From the IMG/VR virus record IMGVR_UViG_3300034190_001539, positions 1-64,000 of that record: DNA of 64,000 nt; one strand, given 5' to 3'. Below the pieces are notes generated by a model. It saw only the letters and a list, made by a program, of their open reading frames with translations. It was not told the DNA's origin and did not search any database. How positions within the stretch are numbered: position 1 is the stretch's first letter; every line of letters starts with the position of its first letter. The stretch is from a virus. Made by a program: the position numbers and the translations under genes. Below, piece after piece: positions 48,386 through 57,985 of this stretch.

Positions 48386-48613
48386 TTAAAATTTTCTTCC
48401 TCTTTTTCGTGAATCTTCTTCCATTAGTTTTATTTTTTTCCAATAATTACGAGCTTTAGCTTTACTTTTAGCTTCTTTTTTAACATCGGATGGTTTTTTA
48501 TAAAACTCACGTTCTCTTAAATCATACATTAAATTAGAATCTTTTACTTTTCTTTTAAAAATACTGAGAGCTTTCTCAACATTATTATTTTTAACAACAA
48601 CCTTTATTGCCAT
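48386..48613 (-). CDS. rpsU: Phage-encoded ribosomal protein bS21
   Basis: IKVVVKNNNVEKALSIFKRKV...LREREFYKKPS matches the bS21 pattern; 75 aa, basic. Confidence 0.9.
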   Translation of the reverse strand: MAIKVVVKNNNVEKALSIFKRKVKDSNLMYDLREREFYKKPSDVKKEAKSKAKARNYWKKIKLMEEDSRKRGRKF

Positions 48614-48622
48614 ATTTACCTC

Positions 48623-49246
48623 TTAGTCTGTTTCTTTTTTTGCCTTATAATTTCTATCAACATAGTTAAAGAAATCATCCTTATCTTCTGGCTTTAAATC
48701 TTTTGGAGACTTAATTCCAAATTTTTTCATAGCTTTATTAAAAAATTCTTTGTATCCGTCATCCTCTCTAAACATCATATCCTTACCTTCATTAGATTCG
48801 CTATCCTCATCATCATGACCTGGCACATGCTTTTCACCAATCTCATAGTATCTACCTAAGATATTCCCCATATCTTCGTATAAACCACTCATTCTTTCCT
48901 GTAGAGAATTAGCTTCTTGTGAAACCTTACCAAATTGCTTTGATAAGCCTGTAAGTTCTTTCATATTACGGCTGACTGTAACCTTATCAAACATATCTTC
49001 TGTTTCAGATAGAGTATGTTGAGCAGCACCTTCAGCAATCGATGAAAGACTTTCAGCTACTTCTTTTAAGCTACCTTTACCATAGATGGATTCACCTATA
49101 GAGTTAAAGTTACGAATAGATTCTACTAATTCATTTACATTGATAGATGGTTTATCGTTTTCTTTCTTAGCCCACGGACTTTCTGAAATCATACCACCAG
49201 CTATTCTTATCTCTTTTAGTAAATCTTTTAATTTAACATTTGCCAT
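48623..49246 (-). CDS. Hypothetical head-associated protein
   Basis: 207 aa with AAGGAG SD; N-terminus KLKDLLKE. Confidence 0.7.
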   Translation of the reverse strand: MANVKLKDLLKEIRIAGGMISESPWAKKENDKPSINVNELVESIRNFNSIGESIYGKGSLKEVAESLSSIAEGAAQHTLSETEDMFDKVTVSRNMKELTGLSKQFGKVSQEANSLQERMSGLYEDMGNILGRYYEIGEKHVPGHDDEDSESNEGKDMMFREDDGYKEFFNKAMKKFGIKSPKDLKPEDKDDFFNYVDRNYKAKKETD

Positions 49247-49280
49247 AATATTGTCTCCTTAGATATAAATATCTACTTTC

Positions 49281-49538
49281 TTAATTTTCTTTATTTTGAA
49301 ATTTATCTTCTAAACCATCTTTACCATCAAAGTAATTGTACACACTCTGTAAGTAGTCCATAGACTTAGTTAGTTTGGATTGAACCCAAGCCGGCATTTC
49401 AACTTCACCACCATTACCGACATTATCAACTATCTTATAAATCATTTTTGCATACTTCATAGAACGTTCTAATTGAGCTTTAGCCATTTTACCTTCGTGG
49501 TCATCAGCTTCGTTTAATATATCCTTTAATTTTATCAT
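49281..49538 (-). CDS. Small putative head-internal protein
   Basis: MIKLKDILNE leader followed by DHEGKMAK...MPAWVQSKLT domain. Confidence 0.7.
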   Translation of the reverse strand: MIKLKDILNEADDHEGKMAKAQLERSMKYAKMIYKIVDNVGNGGEVEMPAWVQSKLTKSMDYLQSVYNYFDGKDGLEDKFQNKEN

Positions 49539-50686
49539 TTTACAAACTTCATAGCCATTTTAGCCATCTTTGGTATTGATAGATTTGCGAACTTTTTCTT
49601 ATTAGATGTATTGATTTTATCATATACTTGAGTTATAGCAGATGCAGAATAACTATCAACTTTCATCTTTTTACCTGATACAGGATCTTTAATGTTAGTA
49701 ATACCATTCTTTAAAACATCTCTAATTTTAGCAATTATATCAGGATCTTTAGCTTCATTTACAGATTCAGATATTTGAGGATTCCTTTGTGTTCCACTAT
49801 TCCAACTACTAATTAGTGAAATAAACGGAGTCATATGTTTTTTGTACATTTTTAAAATAATCTTTTCGTCTGTTTTATCACCTCTTATTTTAGTAGACAT
49901 TTTAGCTAAAACAATAACTTCTTGTTCAAATTTTCTAACTGATTTCATAAAATCATCAGTTAATTTTTGAGCATATTGTTTTTGACCTTCATTTACATCA
50001 CCCTTACCAGTAAGTTTATATCCTAAAACTTCGGCATTCTCTTTTCTGGCTTTTTCAAATTTTTTCTTTTCAGAACCTTTTAAATCTCCACCAAATCCTT
50101 CATCTTTCTTTTTCTTTTTAAATTTAGCCATAAATCTTTGAAATAAACTTTTTGCTTTTTTATGGTCTTTATGATTTCTATTACCTAAAGCAGTTTTAAC
50201 TTTAACATTTTTTGCAATCTGTCTGTCCAACATAGCTTTGTAAGCTGCTGGATTAGTGACGGACATAGGTGGAACTAATTCTGTTATTTGAGATTCTTTC
50301 TTCAAACGACTCTTTTCAGCCCTTCCTCTATTCTTAGACTCTGATTCAAATCCCACAATCTTTCCCCCTTTGTGTGAGGCGTCTTTGCCATCACCATTAC
50401 CATAAGTACCTTTCTTACGATTGTACTTATTTAATTCTGCTCTATACTTTTTAGACTTTGTAGAAGATTGAAATTTCTTATACTCATCCTTATAGTCTCT
50501 TTCTTCCTTTACCTTTTTAGGTAAGTCGTCATGCTTTGTTTTAGCATACTTTCTTACACTACCCTTTTCCATAGACTTAGCAGCCTTTTGAGCTGCTTTT
50601 GAAAATTTACCAGCGGGCGCTTCACCCTTCTGTATCGACCTTACTATACCCATAAACTTTTGTTGTTGTTTGGATTTAGATGGCAT
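49535..50686 (-). CDS. Basic modular protein with an HNH-like module; putative head-internal polyprotein
   Basis: 383 aa, Lys-rich; RDYKDEY...GDGKDASH...NRGR module; modules separated by VKE/ITE/VNE sites. Confidence 0.65.
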   Translation of the reverse strand: MPSKSKQQQKFMGIVRSIQKGEAPAGKFSKAAQKAAKSMEKGSVRKYAKTKHDDLPKKVKEERDYKDEYKKFQSSTKSKKYRAELNKYNRKKGTYGNGDGKDASHKGGKIVGFESESKNRGRAEKSRLKKESQITELVPPMSVTNPAAYKAMLDRQIAKNVKVKTALGNRNHKDHKKAKSLFQRFMAKFKKKKKDEGFGGDLKGSEKKKFEKARKENAEVLGYKLTGKGDVNEGQKQYAQKLTDDFMKSVRKFEQEVIVLAKMSTKIRGDKTDEKIILKMYKKHMTPFISLISSWNSGTQRNPQISESVNEAKDPDIIAKIRDVLKNGITNIKDPVSGKKMKVDSYSASAITQVYDKINTSNKKKFANLSIPKMAKMAMKFVK

Positions 50687-51289
50687 TTAGCCTCTCATTA
50701 TATCGTTAATGACTGCTTCTACCTTACCATACTTTGTATTACGAACAGCAACGTTCTTATCAACACTCTCATTCATTGGATACATAAAAGCACCATGTGT
50801 AGATGGATTAGATACGAAGTCAAATGCAATCAGTTCAAAGTCATCCTGCACTTCTTGAGCCCCACTCTCATTCACAGATTCAACCGAACCCATACCACGA
50901 GAACTAATACCCAATCTAATACCACTTTTAAATAATTCTTTTAGAATATTACCGCTCGGTGTTGGTAAAACCTCTACAGTTCCAACTAAATCATCACCAT
51001 TCCAATTCATTTCTGTAATATTATGTGATACGTTAGCTAAATTCACAACAGAAGATTCGGGATGGTCTAACTCACCCATAGCCCTTTTCTGTCCAATAAA
51101 ATTTTCAAAATACTTTTTAGCTTCACGCATTAGTATTTCTTTTGGATACACCCTACCATTTTGGTTTTTAGTGTCTGCTCTTTGCAATACACCCTTAACA
51201 ACTAACTTTCCGTTGTTCTCTTTCATAGCCTCGTTGATTTGGTCGGCTTGTATTTCAAATGGTAAATAATCTACTATTAATTGTTTCAT
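50687..51289 (-). CDS. gp21: Prohead core protease (T4 gp21-like)
   Basis: NQNGRVYP, GELDHP, NLANVSH, GISSRGMGS, FDFVSNPS. Confidence 0.95.
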   Translation of the reverse strand: MKQLIVDYLPFEIQADQINEAMKENNGKLVVKGVLQRADTKNQNGRVYPKEILMREAKKYFENFIGQKRAMGELDHPESSVVNLANVSHNITEMNWNGDDLVGTVEVLPTPSGNILKELFKSGIRLGISSRGMGSVESVNESGAQEVQDDFELIAFDFVSNPSTHGAFMYPMNESVDKNVAVRNTKYGKVEAVINDIMRG

Positions 51290-52068
51290 TTTCTACTCCT
51301 AAATATTCTATCGTAATTTTCTTTTAATATACGAGGATTCTTTTTTGATTCCTTTATTGCTTTATATTTTTTTCCATCGATTACTTTGATTTTTTCGTCT
51401 TTAACTTTTATAATGGAGTTAGCATAATCTCCTAAATCTGCTAATGTTCCATCACCTTCACCATCCATAGCCTTTCTAATTTTTTCATCATCTACCATTT
51501 TTTCAAGAGCTGCGTCTGCTTCTTCTTTACTACCAAAATACATTGGAGAAGATCCCATTCCCAATTCTATAGCATATTGAGGCTCGCCAGTCATATTTCC
51601 ATCATCATCAAAATTTGGAGCAGCGTGAAATCCTAATACATTATCGGGATCATCATCTTTACCAACCAAGCTATGAATCTCTCCACCATAGTTTGCATCT
51701 TCTGAGCCAACTGTTAGTCCTTTATCCTTTGCAATATTCTGTAATTCTTTTTCAATTTGTTCGTTTTCTTTTTCTGGTGCATTTTTTTCGTCATCACCAT
51801 CATCAGAATCCATATCTGGCTCATCTCCACCATCTCTATCGAAATCACCACCACCTAGCTTATCGCCAGAATCCTTTTCACTATCATCGCCACCATCATC
51901 TGACATTTTATTGTAAGCGACTTTTGCTGGGTGGTCATCTGGTTGCTTTTTAGCAGCACCAGCAGTCATTTCTTGAGACTCACCCTCTTTGTCTTTATAC
52001 TTGATGATTTTATCATCATCGACATCAGCCTCATTCATATTTGTTGCAATTTCTAATAGTGAAATCAT
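51286..52068 (-). CDS. Acidic putative head-internal protein
   Basis: 260 aa; N-terminal SLLE...MNE and C-terminal IKE...LKE sites. Confidence 0.7.
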   Translation of the reverse strand: MISLLEIATNMNEADVDDDKIIKYKDKEGESQEMTAGAAKKQPDDHPAKVAYNKMSDDGGDDSEKDSGDKLGGGDFDRDGGDEPDMDSDDGDDEKNAPEKENEQIEKELQNIAKDKGLTVGSEDANYGGEIHSLVGKDDDPDNVLGFHAAPNFDDDGNMTGEPQYAIELGMGSSPMYFGSKEEADAALEKMVDDEKIRKAMDGEGDGTLADLGDYANSIIKVKDEKIKVIDGKKYKAIKESKKNPRILKENYDRIFRSRK

Positions 52069-52253
52069 TAGTCTTTCTCCATCATAATTTCGTGTTTAAG
52101 ACTTTCCAGTTGTTCTATCCACTGTCCAAGTCTCCTTATCATATAATTCTTATCTACATCTTTTTTCTGTATTTCAATTTGCCATCGTTTTAACAATGTT
52201 GAAATACTAAAAAGAGTATCCATATAGGATTTCTTCTTATCTTCAAACGGCAT
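52068..52253 (-). CDS. Small hypothetical protein
   Basis: 61 aa, GGAG SD, TAATG-coupled to the next gene. Confidence 0.65.
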   Translation of the reverse strand: MPFEDKKKSYMDTLFSISTLLKRWQIEIQKKDVDKNYMIRRLGQWIEQLESLKHEIMMEKD

Positions 52254-52264
52254 AGTGACTCCGG

Positions 52265-52693
52265 TTACTGTAACTGACCTACTTTGCTTGCTAGTTTTAC
52301 TAACCTCTCACTTATTTTATTTAAAGCCTTATGTGTATTTTTCCAATATGACCTAGAATCGACATTCAATTCATTTTTAAGACGAACATTCATCTTTACC
52401 AATTTATCCAATTCATTGAGACTATCTCTAATCTCTCTCATAGAACGACCTATCTTTTGTTTTGGATTCATTGACTCATCATTTCTATAGTTGTGATACT
52501 TACCTTCAGTTACTTTGCTGTATCCAGTAGAGTTGGTAGCTATCTTCTTCTTTTTCTTCTTATCTTTCTTTCTACCACCACCAAATGCATAAGGCGTTTG
52601 ATAGCCAGCAATATCACCAGTTACAGAAGCTTCATCGAGCTCATTTTTGATTAACTCTCTGATTATTTCTTTGAGTTTATCCATTTTAGACAT
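52265..52693 (-). CDS. Hypothetical head-region protein
   Basis: 142 aa; LKEIIRELIKNELDE leader and GYQTPYAF motif. Confidence 0.7.
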   Translation of the reverse strand: MSKMDKLKEIIRELIKNELDEASVTGDIAGYQTPYAFGGGRKKDKKKKKKIATNSTGYSKVTEGKYHNYRNDESMNPKQKIGRSMREIRDSLNELDKLVKMNVRLKNELNVDSRSYWKNTHKALNKISERLVKLASKVGQLQ

Positions 52694-53540
52694 TCTTTAG
52701 CTCCTTAACTAATTCATAATATCTCATTAATGTAACCACTTGCTTATCCTCAACTATTCTTCCCTTCATAAGAGTTTCTGCTTGATTTATAGCCTCTTTT
52801 AGCTTAATCTTTGTAACTTTGTCTGAAACTTTAGGTAAATGCGATTGGAGTTGCTTTTTTACCTTAACTGTTTCACTTTCAATAAACTCTTTAAGAGAAT
52901 TGGTGTTAGAAATGTTATTTATGTACTCTTTTAACAAATTTCTTTGATTTGCGCTAAGAGAACTATATTTTTTGTTAAATTTTTCAACTAAAATTCCATA
53001 AGCAAGCAATCTCAAATCTTTTTCTTGCTTTTTGTAACCCTCTACCATAACATTCTCTTTCTTTTTGGTTGAAAGGTTCTTTCGTGTTATGTTTTCTACA
53101 ATAGTAAAGCGACTTTCTGTTTCTGTCTGAGGATTCATAGCTTCTTTTGTTGAAAATAGCTTAAAGATTGAAGCATTTACTTTATAGTTTGGTATTCTAG
53201 CCATAAAAAAGTTATTTATATCATAATGAGAACGAACCTCTTTAATTAGATTATATTTTTCTCTTTTTAGAGAAGCTTCGTTTAATTTGATACGAGCAGT
53301 TAATACTGCATCTACTAAATGATTGGCTTTTGTTTCTGATTTGTAATTCTCAACAGTTAATACTCTATATAATTCGTACTCTTTACCCAATTGAGTGTTC
53401 TTATTAAAAAACTCTTTTAATATTTTAGCCGCATAACCTTTCTTATCATTATTTAACACATCGACTGTAATCTGTCTAGTTAATAACTCAAATAATATTC
53501 CGGTGTTACGGATTTTTGAGTGTTTTGTTTTTGAACTCAT
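52686..53540 (-). CDS. Hypothetical protein downstream of portal (KHSKIRNTGILFELL)
   Basis: Start moved from TTG 53552 to ATG 53540, which has a GGAG SD. Confidence 0.75.
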   Translation of the reverse strand: MSSKTKHSKIRNTGILFELLTRQITVDVLNNDKKGYAAKILKEFFNKNTQLGKEYELYRVLTVENYKSETKANHLVDAVLTARIKLNEASLKREKYNLIKEVRSHYDINNFFMARIPNYKVNASIFKLFSTKEAMNPQTETESRFTIVENITRKNLSTKKKENVMVEGYKKQEKDLRLLAYGILVEKFNKKYSSLSANQRNLLKEYINNISNTNSLKEFIESETVKVKKQLQSHLPKVSDKVTKIKLKEAINQAETLMKGRIVEDKQVVTLMRYYELVKELKNV

Positions 53541-53567
53541 ATTATACTCCAATCGTTTATATAATTC

Positions 53568-53583
53568 TTCATATATAAATATA
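53568..53583 (-). promoter_or_regulatory. Putative late promoter (sense TATATTTATATATGAA)
   Basis: Exact 16-mer copy in the 38-50 bp gap after the portal gene. Confidence 0.7.
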
Positions 53584-53590
53584 TGATTAC

Positions 53591-55396
53591 TTAATTTTTC
53601 TTAGTATTAAGGGAAGATACTTCATCTTTATATTCAGTTTCTAAGTCACTAGCCTCTGAAAGCAAAGTTTTTGCATCTTTACCCAAATGTTTGAATAGAT
53701 TTTCATAGTGTTTTGTAGCAACTCCACCATAAGCCTTCTTCTTATCATGAGCCCCTAACGGATCTCTACCCCTCGCACCACTATCCTTACTATATTTATT
53801 AGCTTCTTTAGGTCTCCCAGCGCCTGGTTGTCCACCTTCTTCTGAACCACCATTATTATCCAACTCATGACCTGTTCTACCAGCCGCCATATCCGATGGA
53901 GTACCAGCAGATTCTCCGCTCTTAGCAGGATCGTTTCCTTCCATTTCAATTTGTGAGCGTCTAAATTTATTCTTATAGTCAAATACTATTTGTTCATCAT
54001 TTTCTTTAATCTGTTCTTCTGTAAAATTAAAGATGTTTTTGTAAATCCATTCGGAAGATACTAAACCATCTTGTAGCATAGAAGATGCTAAAGATGTTTT
54101 GTTATTCCATAGCTCTACTTTTTCCTGTTCATATATTGTAGATGGATTTGTTAAACCTAAATCAAAGTTTACAAGCTCTTGGTCTCTAAATCCTTGAGCA
54201 TATAGATGAACTACTGCAATCTTTGTTAATTCACTAACAATGATTCTTTGTATTCTTTCAATTGTTCTAGCAAAGCGAACATCTTCAGCAGCCAATGTAG
54301 CTTTAGAACCTAATCCTTCTTCATATCCTAAGAAAGCCTTTGGAACTCTTAAAGATGCTAACATTTTGTTTTTTAAATATTCAATATCCTCTGTTGCTTC
54401 ATAGGTTAAACCTGGAAGTGCATCAATACTTGTTCCACTATCTCCACCTCTTACAGGTAAAAAGAAATCTTCTGTAAGGTTTTGGATATTATAACGAAGA
54501 TTATAGTCACCTGTTTTCTCATCAATAACAGGAGCTTTTTTCATTTTATTAACTACTTGTTGCATATAATTATCAACTTCTGCTGGTGGAATGTTTCCAA
54601 TATCCAACTTAAATACTCTCTTTTCAGGAGCTCTCATAATCCTATGAATCAACATAGCATCTTCCATAAGAGTTAATTGTTTCCACACCTTTCTACCACC
54701 CTCTAATTGTGACCTACCATAAGGTACATAGTTAGAATCTGATAGAAGTCTAAAGTGAGCTACCTCATAGTTCTCAAATGTTTTTGTATCCTGCTTTTTA
54801 GAACTATGTCTACTACTATCTCCTTGTGGTGTTAGCATAAACTGAACTAAAGATGGATTATCAGGATCGTGTCCTTCCATTCTAGCAACATCGTAAGCAG
54901 ACATAGGTGTTACATTCGTAATACCATACTTTTCAGCTACCTCTAATTGTAAAAAGAAATCACCATACTTATTCATATTACGAATCCAAGGCCATAGATT
55001 AAATTCTATGTTTATAATATCATAAAATAGATTGTGTAGTATATCATATATTTGATCATTATCTGTTTTAATATCCAATACTTTACCATACTCATTTTTC
55101 ATTGTTGATTCATCTGAGTAAATATCTAAAGCTGAAGCAATAATAGGATCAGAATCCATTGACTCATAATCTCTAAATAATCCTAATCGTAATTGTTGTG
55201 CATACAATTGGTCGTTATATCCAATCTGTTGCATATTAGAATACAACTTAGTATATCTATCTACTAAATTTGTTTGAACATTTGATTGTAATTGTCCTGT
55301 ATCAACTATTTTTAATTTTCTTCCACCTATATTTCTAACGATAGTGTTTGTTGAAAACAATCGTTTTAGTCTTGAAAATAAATCTTGTTCTGCCAT
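53591..55396 (-). CDS. gp20: Portal protein (T4 gp20-like)
   Basis: YGRS.LE, LMEDAMLIHRIMRAPEKRVF, EDFFLPVRGG, EDIEYL...LRVPKAFL. Confidence 0.95.
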   Translation of the reverse strand: MAEQDLFSRLKRLFSTNTIVRNIGGRKLKIVDTGQLQSNVQTNLVDRYTKLYSNMQQIGYNDQLYAQQLRLGLFRDYESMDSDPIIASALDIYSDESTMKNEYGKVLDIKTDNDQIYDILHNLFYDIINIEFNLWPWIRNMNKYGDFFLQLEVAEKYGITNVTPMSAYDVARMEGHDPDNPSLVQFMLTPQGDSSRHSSKKQDTKTFENYEVAHFRLLSDSNYVPYGRSQLEGGRKVWKQLTLMEDAMLIHRIMRAPEKRVFKLDIGNIPPAEVDNYMQQVVNKMKKAPVIDEKTGDYNLRYNIQNLTEDFFLPVRGGDSGTSIDALPGLTYEATEDIEYLKNKMLASLRVPKAFLGYEEGLGSKATLAAEDVRFARTIERIQRIIVSELTKIAVVHLYAQGFRDQELVNFDLGLTNPSTIYEQEKVELWNNKTSLASSMLQDGLVSSEWIYKNIFNFTEEQIKENDEQIVFDYKNKFRRSQIEMEGNDPAKSGESAGTPSDMAAGRTGHELDNNGGSEEGGQPGAGRPKEANKYSKDSGARGRDPLGAHDKKKAYGGVATKHYENLFKHLGKDAKTLLSEASDLETEYKDEVSSLNTKKN

Positions 55397-55406
55397 AATT
55401 TGCCTC

Positions 55407-56984
55407 TTAGTTAATTAACCAATCTAACGATTCTTTTTCTCCATTGGGTCCTACTTCCATTTCCCAAGAATTATTTTGATTGGTTGGTGTTTGTGGCAAC
55501 ATCTGTGATGCTACTCCACTTAAAGTTCTCTTAGTTAATTCTATTCCCTCATTTTTGAGTCTTAATGCAGTATCTCTTACCCAAAGTGTAAGAGCAAAAC
55601 TCATCACTAAATCATCGTTGTATCCTGTCATCGCTTCAGCTTTATTATTGTTATATATAAATACAAACAATTCATCAATTAATCTATTTGAGCGAGCAAT
55701 AACTGACTTTTCTCTGAAGTATTCTTCTAATTTAGCAATAACTAATGGTCGTGTTTTGGATGTCATACTAAATCCAGCTACCATATTTCTATCTGCAATT
55801 CTATACTTATTAGTCATTTGATGTTCTGTATCTACATACTTTAAATCTTTACTTGTGTAAAATAAATTTTCATAACCCCTATCAATACATTGTTGTAGTG
55901 TAGCCCAACCTATATTGTTGTTCTCTACTACCAACAAAGCATTATTATATTCTGTTGCTGTATTTACACATAAGTTTCCAAAATCTTTTGTTGATATTTT
56001 ACCTTTATATTCTGCTACTTGTTCCATAGTTTCTATATCCATAACGTGAAATGCAGAATAATCAGAACCATCTCCTCTGCTGACATCAGCACTTAGTACA
56101 TAATCTTTAGTATAGTTTGCTGGTTGCCATACCCAAAGGTTACTATCTATCCCTCTCTTCTCTAATGGGTCTGTAACGTGTGTTTGTTTATACTCTTCTA
56201 AGATTACACCATCTATGACAGTCTGTCCTGAAGTTAAGAAGTCACAATCACATTCTTGAGCAGCTAAAGAAGGACCCAATAGTCTATCTTGCTCTTTTCT
56301 CCATTCATCATTTCTTTCAGGATGTAAGTTCCAATGTAGTTTGATAAAGTTCCAATCGTTACTACCATCTTCTGCACCAACCCAAGTCTTATGAAACCAA
56401 TTACCTATACCATTTGGTGTAGATAGTGCAATACATTGTCCACCAGTAGATAGTGTCTGTGAAGCAGCAGCCCATATCGGTTCAATCTTATCAATGAAAG
56501 CAGCCTCATCTAATATCAAAAGAGACAAAGCCTCAGAACGACCACTATCCTCGCCGCTAGAAACAGCTTTTATCTGTGAACCATTATTATATCGTAATGA
56601 TAGTTTATTATCTTCTGTACATTTCTGTTTTAACCAACTTGGCAAATTAGCGTGCATTACCCTAACCTTTGTAACTAAGTTTTTAGCAGTATCTTGTTTG
56701 GTTGCAATCACTAATATATTTTTGTCTTGATGAAATGTCATCATCCAAAGGGAGTATCCGGCTGACAACGTAGACAAACCTAACTGACGAGCTTTTAGAA
56801 TTACATTGAACCTATGTTCTTCAAATGTTTTAAGAGATTCTTCTTGAAACGGCCAAAGATGAAATGGAACTTTACCTTTAATTGGGTGCTGAACAACACA
56901 ATACTTTTTTAAAAAGTATATAGGATCTTTAGCGCATTTCTTATATTCGCTTTTTATTACCTCTTTTAGTTGTCCTGGTTTCAT
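55407..56984 (-). CDS. terL: Terminase large subunit (T4 gp17-like)
   Basis: LKARQLGLST (Walker A), LILDEAAF (Walker B), STPNG, ADVSRGDGSDYS, DDLVMS. Start placed at ATG 56984 (TAATG overlap). Confidence 0.95.
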   Translation of the reverse strand: MKPGQLKEVIKSEYKKCAKDPIYFLKKYCVVQHPIKGKVPFHLWPFQEESLKTFEEHRFNVILKARQLGLSTLSAGYSLWMMTFHQDKNILVIATKQDTAKNLVTKVRVMHANLPSWLKQKCTEDNKLSLRYNNGSQIKAVSSGEDSGRSEALSLLILDEAAFIDKIEPIWAAASQTLSTGGQCIALSTPNGIGNWFHKTWVGAEDGSNDWNFIKLHWNLHPERNDEWRKEQDRLLGPSLAAQECDCDFLTSGQTVIDGVILEEYKQTHVTDPLEKRGIDSNLWVWQPANYTKDYVLSADVSRGDGSDYSAFHVMDIETMEQVAEYKGKISTKDFGNLCVNTATEYNNALLVVENNNIGWATLQQCIDRGYENLFYTSKDLKYVDTEHQMTNKYRIADRNMVAGFSMTSKTRPLVIAKLEEYFREKSVIARSNRLIDELFVFIYNNNKAEAMTGYNDDLVMSFALTLWVRDTALRLKNEGIELTKRTLSGVASQMLPQTPTNQNNSWEMEVGPNGEKESLDWLIN

Positions 56985-57370
56985 TATATTTTTCCTAAGA
57001 TAAATCCTATTCCTAACCAAAGATATTGATTCTCATACCATTTTGGTTTAATTACTTCTACTAATTCTTCATTAGTTTTATCACGAATTTTTAATAAATC
57101 AATTTGTTTTCTCTGAGCAAGCATTAATAAAGAATCTAATTTTATTTGTTCTTCTAATTGATTAATTACATCGTCACAATCAACAATCGATTCTTTGTAG
57201 CCTTCTATCAATGAATCTGCTTTAGCTAATTTGCCTTCCCATTGTGCATCACGAGCTTTCAACATTTCTAATGCTTGTTCTTTTGTAAAAGAAGTTATTT
57301 CTTTTCCATCTTTTTGAATTGATTGTCCAAGTAAAGGAACTATTAATAATAGTGATAAAAAATATTTCAT
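56984..57370 (-). CDS. Secreted/membrane coiled-coil protein, possibly spanin-like
   Basis: Signal peptide MKYFLSLLLIVPLLG-Q, coiled coil, C-terminal hydrophobic segment; start moved to ATG 57370. Confidence 0.6.
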   Translation of the reverse strand: MKYFLSLLLIVPLLGQSIQKDGKEITSFTKEQALEMLKARDAQWEGKLAKADSLIEGYKESIVDCDDVINQLEEQIKLDSLLMLAQRKQIDLLKIRDKTNEELVEVIKPKWYENQYLWLGIGFILGKI

Positions 57371-57371
57371 A

Positions 57372-57665
57372 CTAACCGTGTTTTTTAAGAACATAAATTA
57401 CAGCACTACTTGCAGCTGTTATTTTACTTAATGATAAATCATATACTACACCTGCAGTTAGATTTGCAGCTGGAATTGTTCCACCATCTGATAAATGAAA
57501 TACAGCGCTTCCATGTGTTTTTACTATTACAGCACTTGCGCCATAATTTGATCCTGTATAAGCAGTCATTCCGTCTGATACTACTGATGCAGAAATATAT
57601 GTTCCTGGATGTCCTTTTTTTTGAAAATCAGAATATTCTGATGGTGAGTCGTGCATATTTGACAT
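57372..57665 (-). CDS. Small beta-rich hypothetical protein
   Basis: 97 aa with GGGAG SD. Confidence 0.65.
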   Translation of the reverse strand: MSNMHDSPSEYSDFQKKGHPGTYISASVVSDGMTAYTGSNYGASAVIVKTHGSAVFHLSDGGTIPAANLTAGVVYDLSLSKITAASSAVIYVLKKHG

Positions 57666-57676
57666 TTTGTTTCTCC

Positions 57677-57985
57677 CTATTTCTTAGCAAAGTTTCTTAA
57701 AAAATCTTCAGCTGATTCGACTTCATCATTGTCATAAGCTTCCTGCATTTTTTGAGTTTTCTTTTTGCTATTAGTTAATTTACGTTTAAGGTTTCCTATC
57801 TCTTTTTTGGAAGATTTTTTGTTTTCCTCCATTACCTTTATTTCTTTTTCAACTTTTTTCTCTTCTTTTTTGTTTACTTTTATAACTTCTTTTAACTTTT
57901 CTACTTCTTTACTTTTAACTGATTTAGCAGCAAAGAGTGCGCCAACTACGCCAAAAAATCCGAGTATTAATTTCCAAATTTTCAT
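57677..57985 (-). CDS. N-terminal TM plus basic coiled-coil protein, possibly i-spanin-like
   Basis: WKLILGFFGVVGALFAA anchor followed by a Lys/Glu coiled coil. Confidence 0.6.
   Translation of the reverse strand: MKIWKLILGFFGVVGALFAAKSVKSKEVEKLKEVIKVNKKEEKKVEKEIKVMEENKKSSKKEIGNLKRKLTNSKKKTQKMQEAYDNDEVESAEDFLRNFAKK

Noticed and set aside
53591-56984. Inteins or introns in terL or portal
   Set aside because: Both have normal length with contiguous motifs; no intein splice motifs or frame breaks seen.
56985-57020. TerL N-terminal extension MVRNRIYLRKNI given in the ORF track
   Set aside because: Overlaps the upstream gene; the ATG at 56984 forms a TAATG coupling and is the more plausible start.
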